Assembly: GCF_009914755.1 (NCBI RefSeq)
Contig: NC_060928.1
Source: the human T2T-CHM13v2.0 reference genome, Homo sapiens
Strand: one strand, 5' to 3'
DNA length: 64,000 bases
The position numbers and the translations under genes are program-made. Of the stretch, positions 12,991 to 27,365 are shown piece after piece. How positions within the stretch are numbered: the stretch's first letter is position 1; every line of letters starts with the position of its first letter. The notes below the pieces were generated by a model. It did not search any database, had not been told where the DNA came from, and saw nothing but the letters and a program-made list of their open reading frames with translations.

Positions 12991-14472
12991 TCCTACTTCC
13001 TATGTGAGAATAGATATTAATTTTTAAGTCATTAATTGTCAAGACACAACAAGAGATCTTCTCCCAGAGATCTGGAGTTTAATAAAAGTTCAGTCTGAGG
13101 TTTTTCTAGGTGAATATTAATCAAATGAGATAAAATCTATTAATACTACAAAGAGGGAAGTGGTGGATATAAGGCAGTGGTGTTATTTCCCTATTATTTT
13201 TGTCTGATTATGTAATAGAAATAATCTGAATGGAACAGTATTTGGCCTGCTGCTTGAGAGACATGAGTAGAGCCAAGACACATTAGGCTGCATGTAAAAT
13301 TGGCTCCTATAGAGTCAGTTCTAACAACAGCAACAAAAAAAAAGACAAATAAAAATTATGAGTGAGAAATGTTAAGCTCTTTGTAAGACATTAAAATTTA
13401 GTGCTTCCTCTCATTTTATTTGATTGACTTGGGAACTATTCTTAATGTGCTTTCAATTATAAATTATGACCAAGTAATTTGGGAATGAAATTAGAGAACC
13501 ATTAGTCATGTAGAACAAATGCATGGAAGACTTCTTAGAGGATTCTACCATTTGACTATTAAATTCACCCTTTACCCTTCAGGGTAATAAGTGGATAATA
13601 AAAGTGACCGTTGAACTTGAGGGGGAGTAGAAATTCAACATAATCCAATTAATGGTAAATCCTAGATGAATCTTCGTCACTGCTTAAGAAACTCAAATGT
13701 TCCCTTTTCTAAGTTGTAATTCCTGTGCAAGGAGCAGTGCAGTTTCATTAGGATTCTGTGGCCAGCAGAAATATCCACCTAATTCATTTTACTAGCAAGT
13801 ACTTTTACACTTCTCATGAATAAATAAAAGTGATTCTGGCATAAACAGCACTGTTCCTTTCCTATGGTGCTTTTGGGAACAAAATGCTGGTCTCAGTTAG
13901 GGCCATCCTACTATCCTGCCCTGAGTTTTGATCATAAGAAATATTTGAGAGCTATAATATGTGGACTTTGCTTTTTCCATAGTCAAGAAAACATCAGTTA
14001 CCCAGTTCTTTGGACATGAAGTGAATAGTGTATATACCCTGTTGGACCCCTCATTTTCCATCAAAATATAATCTTTTCAATGTCCGTCAATATTCCTTTG
14101 CTTTACATTTTAGGTAGTTTTAATATAGAAAATAGTGGTGCCCATCTTGAGTCACACAATTCTCCATCAGAAAAACTAATTAGTATAATACTTTACTCTC
14201 TTTTTTGCTGATTTTATTTTTAATTTTCTGCACCCTAAGTCTTTTCAATTGTTAGTTTTTGTGAAGGATGTATGGTTTAGATGTTTGACTGGTTACCTTT
14301 GCACAGTGTCATTGGATTAATTTATCTTTATAAAAACTTACTGTGTTTTTTCTTTCCCTAAGCATGAAAATATATTTAAGCAAATTATTTTTCTATGACT
14401 AGCCACCATCAATGAACTTGAAACTGTCATTCAACAAATGAAATCAGTTGACAGACTCTTCAATACCCATAT

Positions 14473-14835
14473 CAGGGGTTGGCAAACTATGGACCACAAG
14501 CCAAATGCAGTCTGCAAGCTAAGAATGTTATTTACATTATTAGGCTTTTGTATAGACTACAAGCTAACAATGTTTCTTACATTTTTTAGTGTTAAAAAAA
14601 AACAAAAACAAAAGAATAACAATATTTTATGACACATACAAAATGACATTTAAATTTCAATGTCCATACATAAAGTAGAACAAAGCCACACACTCATTTG
14701 TTTATGAGTTATTTATGGATGCTTTCATGCTATAATGACTGAGTTGAGTAGTTGGTTGTCACAGAGCTATATGGCCCACAAAGCCTGAAATATTTATTAT
14801 CTATCCATTTACAGAAAAAAATGTGCTGACCTCTG
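14473..14835 (+). mobile_element. MER58B-like hAT-Charlie MITE
   Basis: TIRs caggggttggcaaac ... gtgctgacctctg; internal gctaagaatg and ggcccacaaagcctgaaatattta; decayed 8-bp TSD acccatat/tcatatat. Confidence 0.85.
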
Positions 14836-15724
14836 TCATATATAAAGTATCTAGCTAGATCAAGATTAGAAATATTTTAAAGATAAAATATTGTACTAAA
14901 GAATACATGATGCAAAGAGGTAAATGTTGTAATCATTGTCATAGAATTAATGGCCTCCTAAAATATATTGGATATTTACAAAATAATGTATTTGACATTC
15001 ACGATTACATTAAGCTAACATTGATACTTCCCCAAGAATGTGAACACCACGGTTTGGATTTTAACCATTTCATGTGAAGAAAAGTTTTAGAAAAATAAAT
15101 AAATAAAAGTTTAGAATAATAAATAAGATCACTCAAGCTTCATATTAGTTAGTACTATTTTTATATAATCACAACCTATCAAAGTTTGATTTTTCTTTTG
15201 TTCTGGTAAGTCAGCTTTTAGGCTCTCTTCATTAATTCACATAAGAGAAATTAGATTTCTTTTTTTAAAAAAACAAAATTGTAATTGGAAATAAAATGTA
15301 AGATATTTGATAACTACTGAAAGTTCAATTGTTTAAAATGTCCTATTAACCAAAAGATTGTTTAATATTCAAAGTTCTATAAAAAGTAATTTTAAAATTG
15401 TTTTTCTCATGATTATGAGCAATTAAATTTATAAGAAATTAGAGGACAAATGTTTCAAAGAGGTTATAGTAGGGAATTTCTATTATTTTTACTTATATTT
15501 ATTTATCCAAAACATTTTCTGACAGCTAACATGTTTATACCAAACTTATATTCTTTTATAGTCTTACTAATGTCAAGACAATCTTTCTATCCTGAAGCCT
15601 TCTATAGTTTCTTACCAGAGCTATGATTCCACTATTTGGTCAGTTAATCTAGTGGTATTAGATATTAGCAAGTTAATGTTGACATTATTTCGTTGTGAAA
15701 CATTACTCTTTTTCACAAAGTCAG

Positions 15725-15777
15725 GTTTTTTGTTTTTTTTGTTTGTTTGTTTGTTTGTTTGGTTTGGTTTTTTTTTC
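15725..15777. repeat. (TTTG)n / T-rich microsatellite
   Basis: Direct reading of the sequence. Confidence 0.9.
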
Positions 15778-15813
15778 ATTTACGCAGTCTCATTTGAACT
15801 AAATGGGTACTTC

Positions 15814-16644
15814 TGAAGCAGGATATTTCCCTGACCCCTTTGTGGGTGGGAACTGGAATGCATAGACTCTGGACCTAGCTGGGTGCTTCGGAGCCAGTAG
15901 GGAAAAACTCCACTCACTGGAACCTGCTGTGTTCTACCCCTCGCGGGAGGGGGAGCATGGGTGAGCAGGTGAAGGAGCTGGAGCAAGCACCTTTGGAACC
16001 TGGCAGGAGCATAACTTCGTGCAGGCCCTGTGGCAGTGACTGGGGCAGGCATGCCGGTGACCCCTGAAGCCCCAGAAGAAGGTTCAGTGCCCCTTTAGTG
16101 TTGCCGTCTATGGATGGCTTAAGTGTTAACAGCTCAGTGGAGTGTCAGTGTGACAGCCTTTTGCACCTGGACCTGAGTTCTTGTCCAGCATCCAGGAGGA
16201 ATGAGGTCTCACAAATGAATCGAAGATGGTAAATGTGGGGAATTTTATTGCTGAGGAAAGTGGCTTTCAGGGGGCAGGGGAGCTGAAAAGGGGACAGAGA
16301 GGGAAGGTAATCTTCTCCTGGAGTCTGGTTGTCCCAGGCCAGATGCCTCTCCAAAGCTATGCCTTCAAGCTGTCCCTCTGAAGTCAAGCTGCTTCTCTCC
16401 AATGGCCAGCCATAGGCTCCCATGTACAGCTGCTTCTCCTCTCTCTGCCAGCCGAGTCTGGGATTTTATGGGCATAGGATGGGGGGAAGGGAGGGCCATA
16501 GGTAGTTTTGGAAAAGGCAATGTTTGAGCTGGAAAACAGGGATGTACGTTGTCACTTTGGGCCATGGTTCCAGGCTTGAGAGTGGGCTCTCGCCAGAGAC
16601 CCACTCTCTTCTGCCCAGAATTTCTCTGTCTCCTGTTTCTATCA
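15814..16644 (-). mobile_element. Solo ERV1 LTR (LTR1/LTR27/LTR28/MER52 group), 831 bp
   Basis: On the minus strand starts TGATAGAAACAGGAGACAGAGAAA and ends GGGGTCAGGGAAATATCCTGCTTCA (TG...CA); perfect 4-bp TSD cttc at 15810-15813 and 16645-16648; AATAAA on the minus strand near 16243-16248. Confidence 0.85.
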
Positions 16645-17199
16645 CTTCCTCATAGACCTATGTTCCATAACATATTTATAATAAGAACCATAGAGGATAA
16701 TAAGGAATGTCTAAATGGCAGCATTTTGGTCTTAAATGATACTAATACAGATATATCAGCATTTCCCTTCCTAAAATGTTTGTTCATTTGATGGCAAAAA
16801 ATGCACATCTGTCATGTGAAGGTATGTTTTCTAAGGCTAGCCAAACAGAATATTATATATCAAAGATGACCATAAAGCAGAGGTAAACTTTCTTAAATAT
16901 GGGTAAAATCAGGACAAATTCTATTGGTCAAAATAAATCCTCTAAATATTAAAATGGCACAAAAATATTATTGATGTTTTCATACTATCATAGATGCTTA
17001 TTCTTAAGATTAATCCTGGAAAAGAAATAGTGAAGTTCAAATTATTTCAAAAAATATACACATATTTAAAACATTACAATATATACATTTAAAAAATAAG
17101 TGATGGCCACAAAAAGACATAAAACTTGATTTGTGTAATATTCATGCCTAAAACTTCTTATTTTTTTCCAGCATGGTTCAAATCACTTATTTCACATCT

Positions 17200-17520
17200 A
17201 TTATTTATTTATTTATATGATAAATATCTCTTATGTACTGACACTGTGTATAGGCTCTGAAGATGATGCAAAGCTGACCAATATATAGACCTGGTCTTCA
17301 AGGCAATCATGGTACACTAGGGGATACAGAATGTGTACAATAACTACATGGCAAAATGTATATTAGGTAAGGTTATAGGAAACACGACTGAAAGTGGTAG
17401 TTTAAGGTCTGATTAAAGGGAAAGCTTTAAATGCCCTGGTTGTAGTTTGAACTTTATTCTCTACTCATTACAGACTTTTGAGTGGCGGGCAACTGTCATC
17501 ATGGTTGTGCTTAAAAACCA
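17200..17520 (-). mobile_element. L2 3' fragment
   Basis: (ttta)n followed by tatgtactgacactgtgtataggctctgaagat...cctggtcttcaagg. Confidence 0.55.
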
Positions 17521-18270
17521 TGAAAGAAAAATGTGAGCAAGTTTTTATCTGTTTTGTTTTATTGTTGTATTTTTCTCCTTCTAATTACCATTCTCACCTA
17601 TGTTAAGAAATGGGGAAAAGATCAAATTAGTAATATTGACTATTGTATATCCATGGCAAGTTTGACACCACCATTATTTTATTTCTTTATAAAATTATTT
17701 TGTTGTTGTTAGAGTATAGGCCAGGCTTTCTAGTAAACATAGCAAACTGGAATTACTTGATGCCAGTTTTACAGAGACTTAATAAAAATAGAAATAATTA
17801 TGACTTTACGTAACTTTTACACTGAATTTATTTAGTGATCTAACTAATTCCAAGACAAACTTTCCTTAACTTTATTCACCTAATAATAACCTATGTCTCC
17901 TTAAACGTGTTTTTTTTTGTAAACCTGTGGATCTCATCATGGCAATTTTGTATTTGGTATTATGTTATACAGATGTTTGTCCACAGCTGCAGGCAGCCTC
18001 TTTGCAAGTCTTTTTTCTCTGGCCTTGGAAATGTATCCAGGGCCAGAGAAAAAATTTTATTTAGCTTACTTTGATTTAGTCAATTTTATGCTTTTCATTA
18101 ACTCTTTATCTATCTTTTTAAATTTCTAAATTCATTCAATTTTTTCCTGCAGTAAAGTCAAATAGGAAATCACTAACCTTAATTTTGAATATTTGCATTT
18201 TTAACTTAAATCATTTAAAAATTAATATATGAAATAATATGAAAGAGAAAGAAATACATTAGTGATTATT

Positions 18271-18606
18271 TGTGTGAGACAGGATTTGATCAGAAAAGCA
18301 GAACTACTGTGAAAATAATGGAATAATGGATTCATTATAGGAATTAGACATAACTGTAGGAGAAGCTGAGGTATTGGTGCCTGGAAGGAAGAAGAGCTGG
18401 GCACAGAGCAAGAGAGAATAAAGACAAACTGGAGCCACCACCACCTCTGCATCTTTCCCACCATATGTAACCATAATAACGCTGAAAGTGTAATGGCCTT
18501 GTGCAAATTGTTCTCACACTAACTTTAACCAAGAGCTATACAGGGAATGAGATCCTGAGAAACATAGTTTCAGCTTGGCTAAGATGACATAGTACAAAAC
18601 TACCAC
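18271..18606 (-). mobile_element. Old ERVL LTR (LTR41/LTR33-like)
   Basis: gatcagaaaagcagaactact...attataggaattagac and terminal gggaatgagatcctgagaaacatagtttcagcttggctaagatgaca...ctaccaca. Confidence 0.6.
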
Positions 18607-18631
18607 ACTGCTATTTTTAAAGATCATATGT

Positions 18632-19025
18632 ATATTGATTCATTTATCCTGCAATTATTAAAGAAGAAGTTACTACTTGCAGGCTGTTTGCTAGTTGTTG
18701 AAGATACAATTCTAAACAAGACCATCTCTTTTCCTCAAAGTTCAAATTTTTTCAAGAACACAAATATAAGAAACATGTAAAGTAAAATTTACAGAGAATT
18801 AAAGGTAAAATTAAGAGAGTAGATGAAGCCCTTGCAATAGAGTCACTAGGGAAGTCTTCCTGAGCAATGGGACATTTAAACTGACACCTGATGGATGGGT
18901 GCAGGTGACGAATGGGGAGGGAAACCAGGGAAGGAAAGTCACATGTGAAATGGCACAGAGTGAGAGACAGCATGTGTTGGGACAAGTGAAAAGTTTCAGT
19001 ATACCTGGAATGCCGAGTCCCAGGA
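18632..19025 (-). mobile_element. L2 fragment
   Basis: attgattcatttat...gaagatacaattctaaacaagac; gggaagtcttcctgag...gacatttaaactgacacctgatggatg. Confidence 0.6.
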
Positions 19026-20664
19026 GTAATAGGTAATCATTGATGAACAAATTACTCTTTATTTTGTAAATTGGGCTATAAATGTATTTAAATTTTTCCT
19101 GCTCCAATACTCATTTTGATAGCAATTCAGTCATTCAAAAAGACATGCCATTTTAAAATTTCCCTGACCCTAAAGTGTGCTTTAATTGGTATTATTGCCT
19201 CAAAACAGATGTTTTAGAAATAATTAAATCTGATGAAAACTTCATTTTATTGTAAATCTCTATTTAAATTTGTCTAGAAGTATAACATAAACAAGAACAT
19301 GTGTTTACCAAAACTTTCTTTCCTCCTAGTAACAAGTTCTTTACTTCTGGGTGGTCACTATTGTGGTATTTGTTTTCATACAAAGAGAAATATAGGAAGA
19401 CTTACTTATAAACTAAGAGACAGTGGAATTTTGCTTCAAATTACAATGCCAAAGAAACCACAATTATGCATTACTTCCTATAGTTATTAATAGCATGGTT
19501 GATCTTTAGCTACAATGATATACTGTATTTTTGAAGCTAAAATATTAATATATTTATATGGAAGGAGGAAATACTTCACTTTAGATTAAAATGCACAAGC
19601 TATAAAAACTAGAATGTATATTCAATAAAGTATATGGCTGCAAAATATACATGGGAAAAAAGCAAAAGCTTTCATGTACAATTATAATTAACTTTATTAA
19701 AAAACTTTTATTATTGCATTAATAAGAATAAATAATTAGACAAGTGAATAATAACCAGACAAAGTCAACAAGAATATGCAGGCTTTGAATAATGTAATAA
19801 ACTCCAATCAGATTTCTCATGGGAGCTTTGTACAATTAAAATGGGATTTTAATATTTGTTTTAAGTAATAACTTGTTATCCTAAGAAAATATTAGGAGAG
19901 CATAGAAGCACCTTTTATAGTAAAATAAATTATGAATCTACAAACACCAAATCAATATAATTTTAGTACAGAAATAGACAAGCAGTTAATGGAGAAGAAT
20001 AAAAAATACAAAAACAGATTTCAGTGTTTAAGTATTTGTGTACATGTTTATATGTGTTTGGGATTCAAATATAATAAAAGCATAACTTTAAATCAACAGG
20101 TAATGGATTCTTTTATTGCTGAAGCATTTACTCATGGTGCTAAATTTTATTTTGGTATAAAATAAATGAGAAATATATATATATATTACATTTTATACAA
20201 TACTGATAACCTCAGGATATGTTTCAAAAACTGAAAACATACCTTTCCTTTTCTGAACGTTGATGGACTAAAATAACATGAAAAACTTTCATATTTCCAT
20301 AGAAATTCTGACAGGAGGAAATATAAGAACCAAAAATTTGACCTTGTGGATAAAATTGCAAGAAAGAAAGATACTAGAAATAAATAGTATATTTCACATT
20401 TTGCCTCAGACAGTCCTGTTGTCTGAGTGTCATACTTGCAAAAACATCTTGGTTTGGATGATTCCAAAAATTGTAAAGTGGAACTAGAAGCCCATTAACT
20501 ATCAATGCACCTGGTCCTGGTATAGGGGGTGAAGTGTGATGGAAATAAGGTTAGTAATTTTAATTTCAGTAAGTTAGAGCATAACTTTAATTCTCATCTG
20601 GGAACAGATGAGTTCTAGAGCCAATCTAAGCAGAGGAATTGAGATCCTTGTACTGGGTCCTTTC

Positions 20665-21095
20665 TGTAGGATTGATATACTGCTATATCCCCTTCCAGGA
20701 ATAAAAGACTCACTTCAGTTATTGGGGATATGACTGGTGAACAATCTTTTGCTGTCAGCTCCCTGTGGGAACTGTCTCAGCCAAAGAGTGTTGTGTCACC
20801 AAAGCCACACTATTTTCCCAGGGCAGCCAGCATCCAATGATGGACACAGGGGTAAAAAAGTCCTGACTTTTCCGCAATGGGAGACAGCTATAGATCCCAT
20901 ACCAACTCCAAAGCTCTACTTAGGGTCAGCTGAGGCAGCTGATGTAACTGGATCACAGCTCAACTTCTTTCTCTTTCAAATCTTATTTTCTTTCTTTTCT
21001 TTCCACAGGTGTTAATCCCAAGAACATTCCCTAACAAATGGCTTGAACACTAAGCTTTTTCTCTATCTGTTTTCCAGCAAACTCAGTCTATGATA
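20665..21095 (+). mobile_element. LTR16-like ERVL LTR
   Basis: ctcagccaaagag...cagggcagccagcatccaatga...tcagctgaggc...ttccacaggtgttaatcccaagaacattccctaa. Confidence 0.7.
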
Positions 21096-21135
21096 TGTAC
21101 CCTCTGTAAAAGAGTGAGCTAGAAATAATCTGCCT

Positions 21136-23144
21136 TGAGCAACCAGGCAAGAGAAAGAAGTAAAGTGTATTTAAATAGGAAGAGAGAAAGTCACATTGTC
21201 TCTGTTTGCAGATGACGTGATTGTATATTTAGAAAACCCGATTGTCTCAGCCCAAAATCTCCTTAAGCTGATAAGCAACTTCAGCAAAGTCTAAGGATAC
21301 AAAATTAATATGCAAAAATCACAAGCATTCCTATACACCAATAATAGACAATCAGAGAGCCAAATCATGAGTGAACTCCCGTTCACAATAGCTACAAAGA
21401 AAATAAAATACCTAGAAACACAACTTAAAAGGGACGTGAAGGACCTCTTCAAGGACAACTACAAACCACCTCCCAAGGAAATAAGAGAGGACATAAACAA
21501 ATGGAAAAACATTCCATACTCATGTATAGGAAGAATCAATATGGTAAAAATGAGCATACTACTCATAGTAATTTATAGATTCAATGCTATTCTCATCAAG
21601 AATATCATTGACTTTCTTCACAGGACTAGAAAAAACTACTTTAAATTTTGTATGGAACCAAAAAAGAGCTCATATAGCCAAGACAATCCTAAGCAAAAAG
21701 AATAAATCTGGAGGCATCACGCTAACTGACTTCAAACTATACTATAAGGCTGTAGTAACCAAAACAGCATGGTACTGGTACCAAAACAGATACATAGACC
21801 AATGAAACAGAACAGAGGCCTCAGAAATAACAACACGCATCTACAACCATCGAATCTTCAACAAACCTGACAAAAACAAGCAGTGGGGAAAGGATTCCCT
21901 ATTTAATAAATGGTGCTGGGAAAACTAGCTAGTCATATGCAGAAAACTGAAACTGGACCCCTTCCTTATACCTTATACAAAAATTAAGTGAAGATGGATT
22001 AAAGACTTAAATGTAATACCTAAAACCATAAAAACCCTAGAAGAAAACCTAGAATGCCATTCAGGACATAGGCATGGATAAAGACTTCATGACTAAAACA
22101 CCAACAGTAGTTGCAACAAAGCAAAATTGACAAATGGGATCTAATTAAAGTAAAGAGCTTCTACACAGCAAAAGAAACTATCATCAGAGTGAACAGGCAA
22201 CCTACAGAATGGTAGAAAAATTTTATAATCTATCCATCTGACAAAGGGCTAATATCCAGAGTCTACAAGGAACTTAAACAAATTTACAAGAAAAAACAAC
22301 TCCATCAAAAAGTGGGCAAAGGATATGAACAGACACTTCTCAAAAGAAGACATTTATGCGGCCAACAAACATGAAAAAAAGCTCATCATCACTGGTCATT
22401 AGAGAAATGCAAATCAAAACCACAACGAGATACCATCTCACGCCAGTTAGAATGGCAATCGTTAAAGTCTGGAAACAATAGAAGCTGGCGAGGATGGAGA
22501 GAAATAGGAACGCGTTTACATAGTTGGTGGGAGTGTAAATTAGTTTAACCATTGTGGAAGACAGTATGGTGATTCCTCAAGGATCTAGAACCAGAAATAC
22601 TATTTGACCCAGCGATCTCATTACTGGGTATATACCCAGAGTATTATAAATCATGCTACTGTAAAGACACATGCTCATGTATGTTTATTGCGGCACTATT
22701 CACAATAGCAAAGACTTGGAACCAACCCAAATGCCCATCAATGATAAACTGGATAAAGAAAATGTGGCACATATCCACCATGGAATACTATGCAGCCATA
22801 AAAAAGGATGAGTTCATGCCCTTTGCAGGGACATGGATGAAGTTGAAAACGATCAGCAAACTAACACAGGAACAGAAAACCAAACACTGCATGTTCTCAC
22901 TCATAAGTGGGAGTTGAACGACGAGAACACATGGACAAAGGAAGGGGAACAACACACACTAGGGCCTGTGGAGGGGTTGGGGGGCAAAGGGAGGGATAGC
23001 ATAAGGACAAATACCTAATGCATTTGGGGCTTAAAACCTAGATGATGAGTTGATGGGTGCAGCAAACCACTGTGGTAACAAACGTGCACATTCTGCACAC
23101 GTATCCCAGAACTTATAATAATAATAATAATAATAGTAAAGAAA
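21136..23144 (+). mobile_element. 5'-truncated L1PA7/8-like LINE (~2 kb; 3' half of ORF2 plus 3'UTR), ORF2 disrupted
   Basis: FADD (ttt gca gat gac, 21205-21216); ORF2p fragments [41 protein letters not shown]; (TAA)n tail; TSD agaaataatctgcct (21121-21135) / agaaatcttctgcct (23145-23159). Confidence 0.95.
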
Positions 23145-23399
23145 AGAAATCTTCTGCCTCATGGCACAGGATGAAATTAAGAAAAACTGTTGATCTGTCT
23201 TTTCCAAGGTCCTGCATATGAGGGAAAATAAAAAGACTATCTGAAAAATCAAAACTCTGGGCATGGGCCTTGCCCATGTTGGGATCTAAAACGTATTGTA
23301 CTCATGTCTTCCAGGAAGCCTCATGCTGAAACAGTCTCAGGAAGTTGGTCTTTATTCAGAGATGATATCCAACTTTGCTGGCATAAAAGTTATACTAAG

Positions 23400-24380
23400 C
23401 CTCTTTCAAAAAGTAATTCCACATCCAGGCTGAATGTGATTCCCATAGAAAAAAACAGAAACAATGCTACTAAGGATGAGCTCACAATAAAAATTTACAA
23501 AACACACCAAGAAATACTAAAGTATCATAGTTTCAAAAACTTAACAAAATTTGATTGAGAATCTAAAAATAGTATTTTTAAATGAATAGGTATAAAAATA
23601 AAAAGAATTGGACCCTTAGAAATAATAAGATGCTATAAAAATAAATTTTTTTATTTTTTTATTATACTTTAAGTTTCAGGGTACATGTGCACAACATGCA
23701 GGTTTGTTAGCACACCAATATAAAAATAAATGTAAACAAAAACTAAATGAATTTCTAAAACGAAATAAAAATATTGTGTAATAATTAAAGAGGATTTAAT
23801 ATTATTTATGTTATTTATCCTATCTCAGTGCACAAGGTAAATAACATTAAACAAACTAAAAAGATAAATTACGAATTGAGACCATAGAATTCAATAAATT
23901 ACCTAGAATGCAATACACAGATGAAACTTGTAAATCAGGAAAGAGGTTTTGACATACAGACAATAAAACCAAAATGTACAACACACATCTACTATAATTT
24001 CACAGAAGAATAGCATATAGAGAATGGCAGTGAGTCAATACTTGAAAAAAATGATAGCTAAACATTTTCTGAATAGATGAAACTCATGAATCTTAAGACT
24101 TGAGAAGCACAATAAGTTAACTGCAGGATAAATGAAAATAAGCTGTCATCTAGACACATCTTAGTGAAAATGTATAACACCAAAGACAAAAAGAAAATCT
24201 TTAAAACAACTGGAGGAAAAAACTCCAATCACCTATAAAGTTAAAATGTCTGCAGCAGTATAAAATGTAAACAGCAATAGAGATCAAATACTGTGAGAAA
24301 ATAGCTCTAAATTTCATAGAGACAATACATTTTACAATAGAATACTGGAGTAAGCTAAACTGTTGTTCAGGACTAAGATT
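23400..24380 (+). mobile_element. Ancient L1M/HAL1 ORF1 region
   Basis: gagaatggcagtgagtcaatacttgaaaaaaatgatagctaaacattttctg and ctagacacatcttagtgaaaatg...accaaagacaaaaagaaaatc resemble ORF1 (MAENF / PRHI..KL) coding DNA. Confidence 0.55.
23647..23718 (-). mobile_element. Very short L1PA 3' stub (~72 bp) with TSD and a probable micro-inversion
   Basis: poly(T)-attatactttaagtttcagggtacatgtgcacaacatgcaggtttgtta followed by gcacaccaa; TSD tataaaaataaat at 23634-23646 and 23719-23731. Confidence 0.85.
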
Positions 24381-25032
24381 GTACTTATACAGACGAAAAT
24401 AATTTGCTGTTTTTAAACAATTATCGTGTGTTTAAGATAATTAAATTTTATCTCCTTTACAAAGATACAACAAGAAATCATTGATGATGGCCAAAGACTA
24501 GTTTTGTTTCATTTATGAGATAGCTGCGAATAATACAACACTTTAACAACATTTTTATATAGCGTTCAGACACACATACAGACATACAGACTGGAGAGGA
24601 ATATTATTCTTCTTTTACAGAGAATGACATTGAGTTTTGGAAAAACTTTATGGCTCTTCTTCAGGCCTTTTGACTCCACTTCCTTTGTTCCCTTTACTAT
24701 ACGATACTAGTTCAAAATAACCAACCAACCAAAACAAATAAACAAACAAAACAAAACAAATTAGCATGAATGTTAGGATTTTGTGAGTGTCAGAGAACAC
24801 TATTTGACTAAAATTTTGCCAGATCTCATCAAATTTGGCCTTGCAAATTGCTATGAAGCCATTGTCTCATTTAACTCCTAGATTTAAGAATCTTAAGTAT
24901 AGAGAGTCAATTTGTTAAAATAGTTGTGTATTTATGTGTATGTGTATGTAGCGAAAGAGTAAATTTCAGTTCTAAGGAGATATGAATTATGTTTCATTTC
25001 TCTAAGCCCAGGGTAATATAATAAGGTCAAGG

Positions 25033-25762
<730 letters not shown>

Positions 25763-27184
25763 TGGCTGATTTAGCAGTGTTTTCAGTATTCAACTCTACC
25801 TTTCTTCTAACTTTCATCACCTTACTTATTTATTTATTATTGGATGACTTTCATTCTTTTGAGTAACTTAGGTTGACTTGTTCACTTATTTATCAAACAC
25901 AACTCTCCTTTATCAAAATAGACTCTCTATTTTTTGTTTCACTAGTTATATCCATTTAATTGCCCAATATACTTCTTTTTTAAGAAAATTAATATTAGTG
26001 TTGATATTTTAAAAACCAAAGCTGGAATTCCTAGTAAAACACAATATGCCTGGTTGTACACAATTTGTTTGCCTTGGATATAAAAATATATTTGTGCTTC
26101 AATTTTGCAAGTGAGAACATTTTAACAAGTGCAGTCCAGAGTACCGTCAACATTATTGGCATCCATTTGCTTCCCTTCAGGGAGGATGAATCATCAGTAA
26201 CCAAACATCAGTAATAACACCTAAGATTCTAAAAACAGCTTTTGCAAAGCACATAGGATTTCACAGATGTTCTCAAGAAGTCGCATGTTACACCTCAGAA
26301 TTAGGATGGTGACAACTAATAGTAGAATGTATCTGTTTGTTAATTTGAGTTTAAATTGGTTACCCTAAAGTCAAAGAGACAGAGATTGTTCCACAACACC
26401 AGGAAAAAAAATCAGTGGGAATATGAAAAATCTAATCCATCAAACACATAACATATTTTTAGATACTTTACAAAACATTTTATTTTTAACTAAACTTTAT
26501 AAACTAACTGGTTGCTCCCTACTGTTAAGTTTATACACAGTAGAGTCAAACTGGCAGCAATGTTAAAAATAGATTCATATTTAAAACATGAAAATAAATG
26601 TGTTATTAACCATGCCTATTCTCATTGATTTGCCAAAGAAGGTCTAGTATATATCCATCTCAAAAATACAGAAAATTATTTTTTTGCCATGGAAAATTGA
26701 AAGTGTTGCATGAACTGAATACATTATATAGAATTCCCTTTTGATGATCTATTTCAATTCAATATATATTGTTTAAGTTTCTACTCTGTAATAGGCGATT
26801 GGCAAATTTGAGTGTCAAGGGTCCAAGGCATAGATACAAAAATGAGTACAACTGAGTTAAGACAGTCTTCAATTTCAAGACAATATACACATACAAGCCA
26901 CCAGATACAAGGTAGAATGAAGTGTACCTTAACAATAATTAATAGCATATGCTATGATAGCTCAGAGGATGGACTGACTGATGCTGTCTGAGATGATTCA
27001 AGTAAAGCTTTATGTAAAAAGAAACCATGTGAGGTGCAGCAATGCTTTCCAAAAGTGAAGACAAGGGAGGGGAGCAGAGCAGATTAGATTACTTTAGGTT
27101 AAATGTACTTAGGTTAAATCTTTGAGAGATGCCAATACTGTCATTTGAAAGAAAAAAATAAGGGCTTTATACTTTTCTTGGAAA

Positions 27185-27365
27185 TAATGATAAATACATC
27201 TTGTTTAGTGCTTAGTAGGTGCCTGACATTTTGCTTTGAGCTTAGTAAGAATTGTTTTGTTCAATACACTACGGTATGACATGAGTATTACCCTATTTTA
27301 CTGATGCAGAAGTTGAGGCTTAGCAAGTCTATTATAAAACTTTTACTAAAGGTGACATGGCTCGT
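27185..27365 (-). mobile_element. MIR, continuing at ~29175-29230 beyond the MaLR insertion
   Basis: ccctattttactgatgcagaagttgaggcttag...aaggtgacatggct. Confidence 0.65.

Noticed and set aside
21310-23018. L1 ORF2 ORFs as a functional gene
   Set aside because: 5'-truncated, with multiple stops and frameshifts
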